Assembly: GCA_031459915.1 (NCBI GenBank)
Contig: JAVKHO010000012.1
Coordinates: forward strand, 25,651 to 89,650
DNA: 64,000 nt
Direction of reading: 5' to 3'
Source of the DNA: Candidatus Tepidifontimicrobium thermophilum
GTDB taxonomy: Bacteria; Sysuimicrobiota; Sysuimicrobiia; Sysuimicrobiales; Sysuimicrobiaceae
Numbering within the stretch: the first letter of the stretch is position 1; every line of letters starts with the position of its first letter. Below the pieces are notes generated by a model that saw only the letters and a program-made list of their open reading frames with translations, searched no databases and had not been told where the DNA came from. The position numbers and the translations under genes were made by a program. Shown here piece after piece: positions 49,146 through 59,998 of the stretch.

Positions 49146-50825
49146 TCAGAGCACCGCCGGCTCGCGGTACTCGCCCCACACGGCGCGGAAGACGTCGCAG
49201 ATCTCCCCCAGAGTGGCGTACGCCTTCACCGCCTCCAGGATGGGGTACATGGTGTTGCCGCCGGCTTCCGCCACACGGCGCAGCTCCTCCAGGCACGCCC
49301 GGACCCGCTCCGGGTCCCGCTCCGCCCGGACCCGCTTCAACCGCTCCACCTGCCGGCGCTCCACCTCCGGCGGGATCCGGAGGATGGGGATGGGCTGCGG
49401 CTCGCCGGAGACGAACTCGTTCACGCCCACCACGATCTTCTCCTTGCGCTCCAGCTGCTGCTGGTAGTGGTAGGCGGCGTCCGCGATCTCCCGCTGGGGG
49501 AAGCCCGCCTCCACCGCAGCCAGCATGCCGCCCAGTTCGTCGATCCGCCGGATGTACCGCCAGGCCTCCTCCTCGATCCGGTTCGTGAGGGCCTCCACGA
49601 AGTACGAGCCCCCCAGCGGGTCCACGGTGTTCGCCACCCCGCTTTCGTACGCCAGGATCTGCTGCGTCCGCAGGGCCACCGTGACCGCCTCCTCTGTGGG
49701 CAGGGCGTACGTCTCGTCCATGGAGTTGGTGTGCAGGGACTGCACCCCGCCCAGCACCGCCGCGAGGGCCTGGAGGGCCACCCGGGCGATGTTGTTCAGG
49801 GGCTGCTGGGCCGTCAGGGAGACCCCCGCGGTCTGGGCGTGGGTCCGCAGCATCCACGACCGCGGGTTGCGGGCCCCGAACCGCTGCCGCATGATGCGGG
49901 CCCACATGCGCCGGGCGGCCCGCAGCTTGGCGATCTCCTCGAAGAAGTCGTTGTGGATGTCGAAGAAGAAGCTGAGGCGGGGCGCGAAGGCGTCCACGTC
50001 CAGCCCCCGCTCGATCCCGGCCTGCACGTAGGCGATGCCGTCCGCGAGGGTGAAGGCCAGCTCCTGCACCGCGGTGGCGCCCGCCTCCCGGATGTGGTAG
50101 CCGCTGATGCTGATGGGGTTCCACTGCGGGGTCTCCCGCACGCAGAACTCGAAGGTGTCCACCACCAGCTTCATGCTGGGCCGGGGCGGGACGATCCACT
50201 CCTTCTGCGCGATGAACTCCTTCAGGCAGTCGTTCTGGATGGTCCCCCGCAGCCTGGACCGCGGGATCCCCCGCTGGTCCGCCAGAGCCACGTACATGGC
50301 GTACAGGACCGCCGCGGGCGCGTTGATGGTCATGGAGGTGCTCACCTCGTCCAGAGGGATCCCCTGGAACAGCAGCTCCATGTCTGCCAGGGTGTCCACC
50401 GCCACCCCTTCCCGGCCCACCTCGCCCACGGCCCGCGGGTGGTCGGAGTCGTAGCCCATCAGGGTCGGCATGTCGAAGGCCACGCTCAGACCCGTCTGGC
50501 CCTGCTGCAGGAGGTAGTGGAAGCGGCGGTTGGTGTCCTCCGCGGTCCCGAAGCCCGCGAACTGCCGCATGGTCCACAGCCGGCCCCGGTACATGGTGGC
50601 GTGGATGCCGCGGGTGAACGGGTACTCTCCCGGGTAGCCGATGTCCCGGTGGAAGTCCACCTGGGCCACGTCCTCCGGGCCGTACAGGCGCTCCACCGGC
50701 AGGTCCGACAGCGTGGTGAACCGCCACGGCCGCTCGGGCTGACGCTCGAGCGTCTCGCGCAGGGTGGTCTCCTCCCACCGCCGCCGCGCCGGCTCCACCC
50801 CCTCGCGCTCCCGCATGGCCGCCAT
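49146..50825 (-). CDS. B12-dependent acyl-CoA mutase large subunit with isobutyryl-CoA mutase-type signature
   Basis: [42 protein letters not shown]; no B12-binding domain. Confidence 0.88.
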   Translation of the reverse strand: MAAMREREGVEPARRRWEETTLRETLERQPERPWRFTTLSDLPVERLYGPEDVAQVDFHRDIGYPGEYPFTRGIHATMYRGRLWTMRQFAGFGTAEDTNRRFHYLLQQGQTGLSVAFDMPTLMGYDSDHPRAVGEVGREGVAVDTLADMELLFQGIPLDEVSTSMTINAPAAVLYAMYVALADQRGIPRSRLRGTIQNDCLKEFIAQKEWIVPPRPSMKLVVDTFEFCVRETPQWNPISISGYHIREAGATAVQELAFTLADGIAYVQAGIERGLDVDAFAPRLSFFFDIHNDFFEEIAKLRAARRMWARIMRQRFGARNPRSWMLRTHAQTAGVSLTAQQPLNNIARVALQALAAVLGGVQSLHTNSMDETYALPTEEAVTVALRTQQILAYESGVANTVDPLGGSYFVEALTNRIEEEAWRYIRRIDELGGMLAAVEAGFPQREIADAAYHYQQQLERKEKIVVGVNEFVSGEPQPIPILRIPPEVERRQVERLKRVRAERDPERVRACLEELRRVAEAGGNTMYPILEAVKAYATLGEICDVFRAVWGEYREPAVL

Positions 50826-50851
50826 CCCCACCACCTCCCCGATCCTGCGCG

Positions 50852-51847
50852 TCAACCCTGCGCCTTGAGCCTGCGCACCTCTTCCGTGAGCTTCGGCACG
50901 ATCTGGAACAGGTCCCCCACCACGCCCAGGCTCGCCACCTGGAAGATGGGGGCGTTGGGGTCCTTGTTGATGGCCACGATGTACTTGGAGCCCGACATGC
51001 CCGCCAGGTGCTGGGGGGCCCCGGAGATGCCCACCGCGATGTACACCGTGGGGCTCACCGTCTTGCCCGTCTGCCCGATCTCGTAGTCGTGGGGCACCCA
51101 CCCGCTGTCCACGGGCGGCCGAGAGGAACCCACCGCGGCCCCCAGCTCCGCGGCCAGGGCGTCCAGCAGCGCGAAGTTCTCCGGACCCCGCAGGCCCCGG
51201 CCGCCCGAGACCACCACCTCCGCCTCCGTGAGGGAGACCCGCTCCCGCTGGAGGGAACGCGTCTCCGCCAGCCGGGCCCGGGGCTCGGGCACCTGCACTG
51301 CCACCGCTTCCACGTCCGCACTCCGCCCCTCCCGGCGCTCTGCGGGCGCGAACACCTTCGGCAGCACCACCGCGAGGTGCGGGCCGTCCCCCACGTACTC
51401 CACCGTCCCCATGACCTTGCGGGTGTACATGGGGCGCCGCGCCCACAGCCGCCCGTCCTGCACCCACAGGGCCTCCACGTCCGTCACTACCCCGGCACCC
51501 ACCCGCGCCGCCAACCGCGGGGCGCAGTCCCGGCCCCACGCGGTGGACGGGACCATCACGAGCCAGGGAGCGCGCCGCTGCACGAGCTCGCTCAGGACCG
51601 CCGTGTAGGCTTCGGTGCTGTACGAGCTCAGGTGCGGGTGTTCCACGCACAGCACCATGTCCGCGCCGTACTCCCCCAGCGCCCGCGGAAGCCCGTCCAG
51701 GGGGTGGCCCAGAGCCACCGCGGCCAGCCGGCCGCCCCGGCCGTCGGCCAGCTCGCGGCCCTTGCCCAGCAGCTCCAGGGTGATCCGGCGGGGGCTCCCT
51801 CCCGCGTGGTCGGCAATTACCCAGACGTCCTTTGCCATGAGGCTCAC
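50852..51847 (-). CDS. etfA: Electron transfer flavoprotein alpha subunit
   Basis: [41 protein letters not shown]. Confidence 0.95.
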   Translation of the reverse strand: MSLMAKDVWVIADHAGGSPRRITLELLGKGRELADGRGGRLAAVALGHPLDGLPRALGEYGADMVLCVEHPHLSSYSTEAYTAVLSELVQRRAPWLVMVPSTAWGRDCAPRLAARVGAGVVTDVEALWVQDGRLWARRPMYTRKVMGTVEYVGDGPHLAVVLPKVFAPAERREGRSADVEAVAVQVPEPRARLAETRSLQRERVSLTEAEVVVSGGRGLRGPENFALLDALAAELGAAVGSSRPPVDSGWVPHDYEIGQTGKTVSPTVYIAVGISGAPQHLAGMSGSKYIVAINKDPNAPIFQVASLGVVGDLFQIVPKLTEEVRRLKAQG

Positions 51848-51848
51848 C

Positions 51849-52637
51849 TCACAGGACCTTGGCGGTTTCCTGCAGGAACTGCGCGATCAGCCGTGCCCCC
51901 TCTTCGGGGGAGTCGGGGGTCACCACCCGGCCCGCCTCGCGCCGCGGGGGAGGGTCGAACCGGCTGTAGCGCACCCGCGCCGCCTGGGCTCCCACCTTCC
52001 CGGGCTCCAGCCCCAGGTCCTGCAGGGTCAGGGTACGGATCTCCTTGCGCTTGGCTTTCATGATGCCGGGAAGCGTCGGGTACCGGGGCTCGTTGATGGT
52101 GCGCTCCACCGTGAACACCGCCGGCAGCGGGACCTGCAGCACCTCCACGCCCCCCTCCACCTCCCGCTCCACCGTGGCCACGCCGTCTGAGATGTCCAGC
52201 TTGGAGATCGCCGTGGCCTGGGGCAGGCTCAGGTACTCGGCCAGGGCGGGGCCCACCACGGAAGCGTTGTCGTCAGTGGCCAGCCGGCCGCACAGCACCA
52301 GGTCGCAACGCAGCTGCCGGATGGTCTCCGCCAGCACGCGGGCCACCGCCAGGTGGTCCGCACCCTCCAGGGCGGGGTCCTGGACGTGCACGGCCTCGTC
52401 CGCGCCCATGGCCAGGGCCGTGCGCAGGGCCTCGGTAGCCCGGGCGGGCCCCACGCACACCACCGTTACCGTGCCGCCGTGCTTTTCGCGCACGCGCAGG
52501 GCCTCTTCCACCGCGTGCTCGTCGTAGTAGTTCAGGATCCAGTTGAGGCCCTGCTCCTCGATCCCGCTGCCGTCCGGCCGCACCCGGATGGGCTGCTCGG
52601 TGTCGGGTACCTGCTTGACGCACACCACCACGTCCAT
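51849..52637 (-). CDS. etfB: Electron transfer flavoprotein beta subunit
   Basis: CVKQVPD, ALAMGAD, NEPRYPTL. Confidence 0.95.
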   Translation of the reverse strand: MDVVVCVKQVPDTEQPIRVRPDGSGIEEQGLNWILNYYDEHAVEEALRVREKHGGTVTVVCVGPARATEALRTALAMGADEAVHVQDPALEGADHLAVARVLAETIRQLRCDLVLCGRLATDDNASVVGPALAEYLSLPQATAISKLDISDGVATVEREVEGGVEVLQVPLPAVFTVERTINEPRYPTLPGIMKAKRKEIRTLTLQDLGLEPGKVGAQAARVRYSRFDPPPRREAGRVVTPDSPEEGARLIAQFLQETAKVL

Positions 52638-52670
52638 GGGCACCCTCCTGTCTACCAAACGTTCGTTAGC

Positions 52671-53810
52671 TCAAGCCAGCAGGTTGCGGGCGATCACCAG
52701 CCTCTGGATCTCCGACGTGCCTTCGTAGATCTCGGTGATCTTCGCGTCCCGGAAGTACCGCTCCACCGGGTAGTCCTTGATGTACCCGTAGCCTCCGAAG
52801 ATCTGCACGGCCTGGTGGGCCGCGAACATGGCCGTCTCCGAGGCGAACAGCTTGGCCATGGACGCTTCCGCGGTACACCGCCTCCCCTGGTCCCGCAGCC
52901 AGGCGGCCCGCAGGGTCAGCAGCCTCGCCGCGTCAATCCGGGTGGCCATGTCCGCGATCTTCCACTGGATGGCCTGGAACTCCGCGATGGGCCGGCCGAA
53001 CTGACGGCGCTCCCGGGCGTAGGCGACGCTCTCCTCCAGGGCCGCCCGGGCGATGCCCACCGCCTGCGCGGCGATGCCGATCCGGCCCCCGTCCAGGGTC
53101 GAGAGGGCCACCTTGAACCCCTCTCCCCGAGCTCCCAGCAGGTTGTCCCGGGGGACCCGGCAGTCCTGCAGCAGCACTTCACAGGTGGAGGACGCTAGCA
53201 GGCCCATCTTGCGCTCCACCTTGCCCACGGAGATCCCCGGGTGGTCCCGCTCCACGATGAACGCGGAAATCCCCCGCGGCCCGGCTTCCGGCTCCGTGCG
53301 GGCGTACACGATGAACACCCACGCCTCCCGGGCGTTCGTTACGAACACCTTGGTCCCGTTGAGGATCCAACCGTCCCCATCCAGCCGCGCGGTGGTCTGC
53401 AGGGAGGCCGCGTCCGAGCCCGCCTGGGGTTCCGTGAGGCAGTAGCAGCCGATCTCCCGCCCCGAAGCCAGCACCGGCAGGTAGCGGCGCTTCTGCTCCT
53501 CGGTGCCGTAGCGCAGGATGGGGTCGCAGACCAGGGAGTTGTTCACGGACATGATGGCCGCGGTGGACGCACACGCCCGCGCCACTTCCTCCATGGCCAG
53601 CACGTATGCCACGTTGTCCATGCCCGCGCCCCCGTACTCCTCCGGCACCATCACCCCCATCAATCCCAGCTCCGCCAGACCCCGGACGATCGCCGCGGGG
53701 AATCTGTGTTCGGCGTCGAGCTGCGAGGCCACGGGGAGGATTTCCCGGGTGGCGAAGTCGCGCGCGGTCTGCTGGACCAGGCGGTGCTCCTCGCTGAGGG
53801 CGAAGTCCAT
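52671..53810 (-). CDS. Short/branched-chain acyl-CoA dehydrogenase
   Basis: [45 protein letters not shown]. Confidence 0.93.
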   Translation of the reverse strand: MDFALSEEHRLVQQTARDFATREILPVASQLDAEHRFPAAIVRGLAELGLMGVMVPEEYGGAGMDNVAYVLAMEEVARACASTAAIMSVNNSLVCDPILRYGTEEQKRRYLPVLASGREIGCYCLTEPQAGSDAASLQTTARLDGDGWILNGTKVFVTNAREAWVFIVYARTEPEAGPRGISAFIVERDHPGISVGKVERKMGLLASSTCEVLLQDCRVPRDNLLGARGEGFKVALSTLDGGRIGIAAQAVGIARAALEESVAYARERRQFGRPIAEFQAIQWKIADMATRIDAARLLTLRAAWLRDQGRRCTAEASMAKLFASETAMFAAHQAVQIFGGYGYIKDYPVERYFRDAKITEIYEGTSEIQRLVIARNLLA

Positions 53811-53922
53811 ACGGCCTCCGACACCCGGAATCCGTGCCCATGGTAGCGTCCCGCCCTGCCGGCGGCAACCGACGCGCAGGGAAAGGCCACCCACGCGGTG
53901 TAACCGTCCGGAGGGTGAGGTC

Positions 53923-55530
53923 GTGGAGCGCATCCGGTCGCAGGTCCGGACCGACAGCGAGACCTTCCGGGAGAACGAGGCCTACCACCGGGCCCTGGCC
54001 CGGGAGCTGCGGGAACGGCTGGAGCAGGTGCGCCGGGGCGGGGGCGAGCGGGCCCAGCGCCGGCAACGGGAGCTCGGGAAGATGACCGCACGGGAGCGCA
54101 TCGACCACCTGCTGGACCCGGGCTCCCCGTTCCTCGAGCTGTGCCCCCTGGCTGCCTGGGGGATGTACGACGGGGAAGCTCCCAGCGCGGGCATCGTCAC
54201 GGGGATCGGCCGAGTGAGCGGGGTGGAGTGCGTGATCGTCGCCAACGACGCCACCGTCAAGGGCGGGACCTACTTCCCCATGACGGTCAAGAAGCACCTG
54301 CGGGCCCAGGAGGTCGCGCTGCAGAACCGCCTGCCCTGCATCTACTTGGTGGACTCCGGCGGCGCCTACCTGCCCCTGCAGGCGGAGGTGTTTCCCGACC
54401 GAGACCACTTCGGCCGGATCTTCTACAACCAGGCCCGCATGAGCGCCCTCGGGATCCCCCAGATCGCCGCGGTGATGGGCTCCTGCACCGCGGGAGGCGC
54501 CTACGTGCCCGCGATGAGCGACGAGGCGGTGATCGTGCGCGGTACGGGCACCATCTTCCTGGGCGGCCCGCCCCTGGTGAAGGCCGCCACCGGGGAGGAC
54601 GTGACCGCGGAGGAGCTTGGAGGAGCCGACGTGCACGCCCGCCGCTCTGGGGTGGTGGACCACTACGCGGAGTCCGACGAGCACGCCCTGCAGATCGTCC
54701 GCCGGATCGTGGCCACCCTGAACCGTCGGAAGACCGTGGAACTGGACGTCACCGAGCCGGAGGCCCCCTACTACGACCCCGAAGAGCTGTACGGGGTCCT
54801 CCCCCGGGACCTGCGCCAGCCCTACGACGTCCGGGAGGTGATCGCCCGGCTGGTGGACGGCAGCCGGTTCGCGGAGTTCAAGGCCCTGTACGGCACCACC
54901 CTGGTCTGCGGCTTCGCCCGTATCCACGGCATGCTGGTGGGGATCGTGGCCAACAACGGCGTCCTGTTCGTGGACAGCGCGGAAAAGGGCGCCCACTTCA
55001 TCGAGCTGTGCGGGCAGCGGCGCGTGCCCATCGTCTTCCTGCAGAACATCACCGGGTTCATCGTGGGCCGCCAGTACGAGGCCGCGGGCATCGCCCGTGC
55101 GGGCGCCAAGATGGTCCACGCGGTAGCCACCAGCAACGTGCCGAAGTTCACCGTGATCATCGGTGGGTCGTACGGGGCGGGCAACTACGCCATGTGCGGC
55201 CGCGCCTACGAACCCCGCTTCCTCTGGATGTGGCCCAACGCCCGCATCAACGTCATGGGCCCCGAACAGGCCGCGGGGGTCCTGGTGACCGTCAAACGGG
55301 ACCAGCTGGCCCGGGAGGGCAAGACCCTCTCCGACGAGGAGGCCGAGGCCATCGCCCGTCCCATCCTGGACAAATACGAGCGGGAGGGCAACCCGTACTA
55401 CAGCACCGCCCGTCTGTGGGACGACGGGATCCTGGACCCGCCCACCACCCGGGACGTCCTGGGGCTGGCCCTGTCGGCGGCGCTCAACGCCCCCATCGAA
55501 CCCATGAAGCCGGGCGTGTTCCGCATGTAG
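53923..55530 (+). CDS. liuB: 3-methylcrotonyl-CoA carboxylase beta (carboxyltransferase) subunit
   Basis: [47 protein letters not shown]. Confidence 0.92.
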   Translation: MERIRSQVRTDSETFRENEAYHRALARELRERLEQVRRGGGERAQRRQRELGKMTARERIDHLLDPGSPFLELCPLAAWGMYDGEAPSAGIVTGIGRVSGVECVIVANDATVKGGTYFPMTVKKHLRAQEVALQNRLPCIYLVDSGGAYLPLQAEVFPDRDHFGRIFYNQARMSALGIPQIAAVMGSCTAGGAYVPAMSDEAVIVRGTGTIFLGGPPLVKAATGEDVTAEELGGADVHARRSGVVDHYAESDEHALQIVRRIVATLNRRKTVELDVTEPEAPYYDPEELYGVLPRDLRQPYDVREVIARLVDGSRFAEFKALYGTTLVCGFARIHGMLVGIVANNGVLFVDSAEKGAHFIELCGQRRVPIVFLQNITGFIVGRQYEAAGIARAGAKMVHAVATSNVPKFTVIIGGSYGAGNYAMCGRAYEPRFLWMWPNARINVMGPEQAAGVLVTVKRDQLAREGKTLSDEEAEAIARPILDKYEREGNPYYSTARLWDDGILDPPTTRDVLGLALSAALNAPIEPMKPGVFRM

Positions 55531-55532
55531 CG

Positions 55533-56309
55533 ATGGCGGACGTCCTGCAGGTGCGGCAAACCGGTGGCCGGCTGGACGTGGTCCTGAACCGGCCCCAGGT
55601 GCACAACGCCCTGAACCCGGAGCTGCTGGCGGCGCTCGTGGAAGCGTTCCGGGACGCCGCGGCTCGGCCCGACGTCCGTTACGTGGTGGTGTCCGGGGAA
55701 GGGCCCTCGTTCTGCGCGGGCGCGGACCTCGCGTGGATGCGCCAGGCTGCCTCCGCCTCCTTCGAGGAGAACTGCGAGGACGCCGCCCGGGTGTTCCGCA
55801 TGCTGGAGGCGGTGGCCCACTGCCCCAAGCCGGTGGTGGCGCGGGTGCACGGGCCGGCCCTCGGCGGCGGCGTGGGCCTGGTGGCCGCCTGCGACCTGGC
55901 CGTGGCCACCCCCAATGCCACCTTCGGGCTCACGGAGGTGAGGCTCGGCCTGGTGCCCGCCATGATCCTTCCTTTTCTGCTGCGCAGGGTGCACCCCTCC
56001 GGCCTGGCGTGGGCGATCCTCACGGGCAGCCGGTTCCCTGCCACGAGGGCCCTCGAGATCGGCCTCGTGCACGCGGTGAGCGACCAGCCGGACGCGGTGG
56101 TCTCCGAGTGGGGCGAAGCGTTGCTGGCCGCAGGCCCGCAGGCCCTAGCGGAGGCCAAGCGCCTCCTGCGGACCCTCCCCCGGCTCTCCTGGGAACAGGC
56201 CCGCGACGAGGCGGTCCGGACCATCGCCGCGGCCCGGGTGGGACCGGAGGGGCAGGAGGGCATGCGGGCGTTTCTCGAGCGGCGCAAGCCCGCGTGGACC
56301 AAGCCGTGA
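55533..56309 (+). CDS. liuC: Enoyl-CoA hydratase family, methylglutaconyl-CoA hydratase-like
   Basis: LNRPQVHNA, FCAGADL, GGGVGL, TEVRLGLVPA, EGMRAFLERR. Confidence 0.85.
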   Translation: MADVLQVRQTGGRLDVVLNRPQVHNALNPELLAALVEAFRDAAARPDVRYVVVSGEGPSFCAGADLAWMRQAASASFEENCEDAARVFRMLEAVAHCPKPVVARVHGPALGGGVGLVAACDLAVATPNATFGLTEVRLGLVPAMILPFLLRRVHPSGLAWAILTGSRFPATRALEIGLVHAVSDQPDAVVSEWGEALLAAGPQALAEAKRLLRTLPRLSWEQARDEAVRTIAAARVGPEGQEGMRAFLERRKPAWTKP

Positions 56310-57796
56310 CCACAGCACCTCCCTTCTCGAAGGTGCTGGTGGCCAACCGCGGGGAGATCGCGGTGCGGGTCATCCGCGCCTGCCGCGAGCTGGGAGTCCG
56401 CACCGTGGCGGTGTACTCCGAGGCAGACCGCCACTCCCCCCACGTGCTCCTGGCGGACGAGGCCGTGTGCCTCGGGCCCGCGGAGCCGGAAGCCTCCTAC
56501 CTCAACATCGGCCGCCTGGTGGACGCGGCGTGCGGCGCGGGTGCGGAGGCCGTCCACCCGGGCTACGGGTTCCTGGCGGAAAACCCGGAGTTCGCGCGCG
56601 CGTGTGAGGAGGCTGGCCTGGTGTTCGTGGGTCCTCCCTCCCACGTGATCGCGGCTTTAGGCGACAAGGACCGCGCCCGCCGCCTCGCCGAGCGGCTGGG
56701 GATCCCCACGGTGCCCGGCCACCCCGCGGCGGACGACGACACACTGGAGCGCGCCGCCCGCGCCCTGGGATTCCCCGTGGTCCTGAAGGCCGCCGCAGGA
56801 GGCGGGGGCAGGGGCATGCGGGTGGTGACCGGCCCCGAGCGGTTCCGGGAGACCCTGGCCTCTGCCCGAAGGGAGGTGAAGGCGGCCTTCGGGGACGACG
56901 CGGTCCTGCTGGAAAAGTACCTGGACCGGCCGCGCCACGTGGAGGTGCAGATCGTCGCGGACCGGTACGGCACCGTGGTGCACCTGGGTGAGCGCGACTG
57001 CAGCGTCCAGCGCAGGCACCAGAAGATCGTGGAGGAGTCGCCCTCGCCCGCGGTGGACCCGCACCTGCGGAGGCGGCTTGGGGAGGCGGCACTGCGGCTG
57101 GCTCGGGAGGCCGGGTACGTGAACGCGGGGACGGTGGAGTTCCTGCTGGACCGGGAGGGCCGCTTCTACTTCCTCGAGGCCAACACCCGCCTGCAGGTGG
57201 AGCACCCCGTGACGGAGCTGGTGGCGGGTGTAGACCTCGTGCACCTGCAGCTTCAGGTGGCCGCAGGGAGACGCCTATCCCTACGCCAGGAGGACGTGGT
57301 GTGGCGGGGCCACGCGGTGGAAGCCCGTGTGTACGCGGAGGACCCCGAGCGCGGATTCGCGCCTTCGCCTGGCCGCATCCTGCTCCTGAGGGAACCGCAC
57401 CTTCCCGGCGTCCGCGTGGATTCCGGCGTCCAGGAAGGACAGGAGGTCCCGGTGCACTACGACCCCATCCTGTCGAAGGTGGTGGCGTGGGCTCCGGACC
57501 GGCCCACAGCGGTCGCCCGCTTGGCCCACGCCCTGCAGGAGTACGTGCTGCTGGGTCCCCGGACCAACCTGGGCTTCCTCCTGGACCTGGTCACGCACCC
57601 CGCCTTTCTGGCCGGAGAAGTGTCCACTCAGTTCGTGGAGGACCAGCTGGCCGCCTGGCAGGCCCCGGACCCTCCGCCGGAGGCCGTGGCCCTGGCCGCC
57701 GCGCTGCTGGCCCAGGAACCCCGGGGCCCGGCACCCGTGGCTAGTGCCCGCGCGCCCGATCCCTGGGAACGCCTTGCGGGCGCACGGCTTCCGTGA
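56306..57796 (+). CDS. Biotin carboxylase subunit (MCC alpha, N-terminal part)
   Basis: ANRGEIA, HPGYGFLAEN, GGGGRGM, RDCSVQRRHQK, NTRLQVEH. Confidence 0.92.
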   Translation: MTTAPPFSKVLVANRGEIAVRVIRACRELGVRTVAVYSEADRHSPHVLLADEAVCLGPAEPEASYLNIGRLVDAACGAGAEAVHPGYGFLAENPEFARACEEAGLVFVGPPSHVIAALGDKDRARRLAERLGIPTVPGHPAADDDTLERAARALGFPVVLKAAAGGGGRGMRVVTGPERFRETLASARREVKAAFGDDAVLLEKYLDRPRHVEVQIVADRYGTVVHLGERDCSVQRRHQKIVEESPSPAVDPHLRRRLGEAALRLAREAGYVNAGTVEFLLDREGRFYFLEANTRLQVEHPVTELVAGVDLVHLQLQVAAGRRLSLRQEDVVWRGHAVEARVYAEDPERGFAPSPGRILLLREPHLPGVRVDSGVQEGQEVPVHYDPILSKVVAWAPDRPTAVARLAHALQEYVLLGPRTNLGFLLDLVTHPAFLAGEVSTQFVEDQLAAWQAPDPPPEAVALAAALLAQEPRGPAPVASARAPDPWERLAGARLP

Positions 57797-58287
57797 GCGT
57801 GCGAGTGTACCTTCTCTGCAAGGGACGGCAGGTCCCGGTAGAGGTCCGGGGCTCAGGCGACGGCTATGCGGTGCGCGTGGGGGGGCGGGAGCTGCGGGTG
57901 GGGTGGCAGGAGCTGAGCCCGGGCGTGGCGGAGGCGACGGTGGAGGGCGTGCGGCTGCGGTTCTGCTACGCTCGACAGGGTGACGCGCTCCAACTGCACC
58001 TGGCCGGACGCGTGTACACTTTCACGCGAACGCGGGAGGAAGTCGAAGCGCGCGGCGCAAAACCGGAGCAGGACGTGCGGGCACCCATGCCGGGCCTGCT
58101 GACGCGGGTGCTGGTGGAACCCGGTCAGGTGGTGGCAGCCGGCCAGCCTCTCTACGTGGTGGAGGCGATGAAGATGGAGACCGTGGTCCGCGCAGCCCGC
58201 CCCGCCCGGGTGTTGAGGGTCCTGGCCCGCGAGGGGGAGCAGGTGGAGGGCGGCGCGGTGGTGGTCGAGCTGGAGGAGGGCGCGTGA
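57793..58287 (+). CDS. Biotin carboxyl carrier protein
   Basis: APMPG, EAMKME. Confidence 0.92.
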   Translation: MSVRVYLLCKGRQVPVEVRGSGDGYAVRVGGRELRVGWQELSPGVAEATVEGVRLRFCYARQGDALQLHLAGRVYTFTRTREEVEARGAKPEQDVRAPMPGLLTRVLVEPGQVVAAGQPLYVVEAMKMETVVRAARPARVLRVLAREGEQVEGGAVVVELEEGA

Positions 58288-59201
58288 TCCCCCTGGACCG
58301 CGTGCCGCACTCGGTGCGCCTGGTGGAGGTGGGCCCTCGGGACGGCCTTCAGAACGAGCCGGAACGGGTCCCCACGGAAGTCAAGGTGGCCTTCGTGGAA
58401 GCCCTGGCGGACGCGGGACTGCGGTGGATCGAGGTGGGTTCGTTCGTGAGGCCCGACCGGGTTCCCCAGATGGCAGACACCGAGGAGGTGTTTCGGCGTC
58501 TGCGGCTGCGGGAGGGCGTCACGTACCTGGCCCTGGTCCCCAACCTGCGCGGCCTGGAGCGGGCTGCCAGCTGCGGGGTACAGGCGGTGGCGGTGTTCAC
58601 CGCGGCCACGGACGCCTTCGCGCAGGCCAACCTCGGGACCACCGTGGAGGCGTCCCTGCGCACCTACCGGGAGGTGGTCCGGCGGGCGCAGGAAGCGGGC
58701 CTCCTCGTGCGGGGCTACGTGTCGGTGGCGTGGTGGTGTCCGTACAGCGGGCGGACGGATCCTCAGCGCGTGCGCGCGGTAACCCTGGACCTGCTGGACA
58801 TGGGCTGCGCGGACGTCGGGGTCGCGGACACCGTGGGCGCCGCCACACCCAGGGAAGTCCAGGAGCTGCTGGCCCTCCTGCTGCGCGACGTCCCTCCGGA
58901 ACGCGTGGGCGTTCACTTCCACGACACGCGCGGCACGGGCGTCGCCAACGTCCTCGCAAGCCTCGAGATGGGGATTTCCACCGTGGACGCCTCCGCGGGC
59001 GGTCTGGGAGGTTGCCCGTTCGCGCCCGGGGCGCTGGGCAACGTGGCCACGGAGGACGTGGTGTACATGCTGCACGGCATGGGCGTGGACACAGGAGTGG
59101 ACCTGGAAAAGCTCCGCTCCGCCAGCCGGCTCCTGGAGGCGTGTCTAGCCCGCCGGCTGCCCTCCCGGTACCTGCAGGCCGGACCCCTCCCCACGCGGTA
59201 A
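58284..59201 (+). CDS. liuE: Hydroxymethylglutaryl-CoA lyase
   Basis: EVGPRDGLQNE, HFHDTRG, GLGGCPFAPGA, GNVATED. Confidence 0.95.
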   Translation: MIPLDRVPHSVRLVEVGPRDGLQNEPERVPTEVKVAFVEALADAGLRWIEVGSFVRPDRVPQMADTEEVFRRLRLREGVTYLALVPNLRGLERAASCGVQAVAVFTAATDAFAQANLGTTVEASLRTYREVVRRAQEAGLLVRGYVSVAWWCPYSGRTDPQRVRAVTLDLLDMGCADVGVADTVGAATPREVQELLALLLRDVPPERVGVHFHDTRGTGVANVLASLEMGISTVDASAGGLGGCPFAPGALGNVATEDVVYMLHGMGVDTGVDLEKLRSASRLLEACLARRLPSRYLQAGPLPTR

Positions 59202-59324
59202 AGGCTGCTGACTCCGGTCATCGGGCCGGTGGCCGATGGTCACCTTACCTTCTCCGCCGCAGCTTCGAAGCGGGAAAACACGATAAAGCGGATGCCTTGA
59301 CTCCGCTTTCGGGAGGTGCTGGCG

Positions 59325-59459
59325 GTGGGCAACCGTAACGGCCCGTGGGTGCGCATCGCGGACAACATCTGGTTCTGGCTGGTGGCGAGCAACGTCTTCT
59401 TCTTCGTGGTGTACCTCGTCTGGGGCGCGTGGGACGTCCTGCGCGTCCCGTCCCGCTAG
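59325..59459 (+). CDS. 44-aa single-TM protein, probable small subunit of the heme-copper complex
   Basis: Not in the ORF track; SD GGAGGTG then GTG, MGNRNGPWVRIADNIWFWLVASNVFFFVVYLVWGAWDVLRVPSR*; its stop abuts the SD of subunit II. Confidence 0.8.
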   Translation: MGNRNGPWVRIADNIWFWLVASNVFFFVVYLVWGAWDVLRVPSR

Positions 59460-59469
59460 GAGGCCGGCC

Positions 59470-59994
59470 ATGGCGCCCGGCGCGTGGTGGGAGGAGCCCG
59501 TCCACCCCCTGGAACGGGCCTGGGTCGGGATCGCGGCCCTCGTCGCGGTGGTCTTCTTCTCGGCCATGATGCTGGTCTGGCACGCGCTGGGCCAGCAGAA
59601 CGTCCGCGGCCGCGCCTACCGCGTGGATCCCAAGGCCTACCAGACCGAGGTGGAGCGCTTCGTCCAGCAGTACAGGGTGGGTGAGGAGGCGGGGCAGCCC
59701 GTGGTGGCTCCTCCCCCCGGGAGCGACGTGTACATGCTGGCGCAGCGCTTCCGCTTCTACCCCATCCTCCGGCTGAAGGCGGGCGAGCGCTACGTGCTGC
59801 ACGTGGCCAGCATCGACTACCTGCACGGGTTCAGCATCACCCAGCCCCACGTGTGGAACCTGCAGCTCTACCCCGGCTACGAGTGGGTGATCCCCTTCAC
59901 CCCTCGCGAGCCCGGTACGTTCCACATGGCCTGCAACGACTTCTGCGGCGTGGGCCACGAGATGATGCTCGGGAAGATCGTGGTGGAGAGGTGA
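59470..59994 (+). CDS. Heme-copper oxidoreductase subunit II (CuA)
   Basis: One TM helix, HGFS, CNDFCGVGHEMM CuA motif. Confidence 0.93.
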   Translation: MAPGAWWEEPVHPLERAWVGIAALVAVVFFSAMMLVWHALGQQNVRGRAYRVDPKAYQTEVERFVQQYRVGEEAGQPVVAPPPGSDVYMLAQRFRFYPILRLKAGERYVLHVASIDYLHGFSITQPHVWNLQLYPGYEWVIPFTPREPGTFHMACNDFCGVGHEMMLGKIVVER

Positions 59995-59998
59995 CGCC

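Noticed and set aside
50852..53810. Electron-bifurcating Bcd-EtfAB complex
   Set aside because: EtfB reads NYYD and ATDDNAS rather than the NPxD/DGDT pattern I expect in bifurcating ETFs; the context fits ordinary acyl-CoA oxidation
2237..57244. Many long antisense or off-frame ORFs (e.g. 2237-4672, 13824-17012, 41082-43526)
   Set aside because: Shadow ORFs of real genes in very GC-rich DNA; Gly/Ala/Pro/Arg-rich or mirror-image, with no family motifs
56306..58287. Split MCC alpha subunit as a possible frameshift
   Set aside because: GTGA overlap and intact domains; separate biotin carboxylase and carrier genes are known in Bacillus-type clusters
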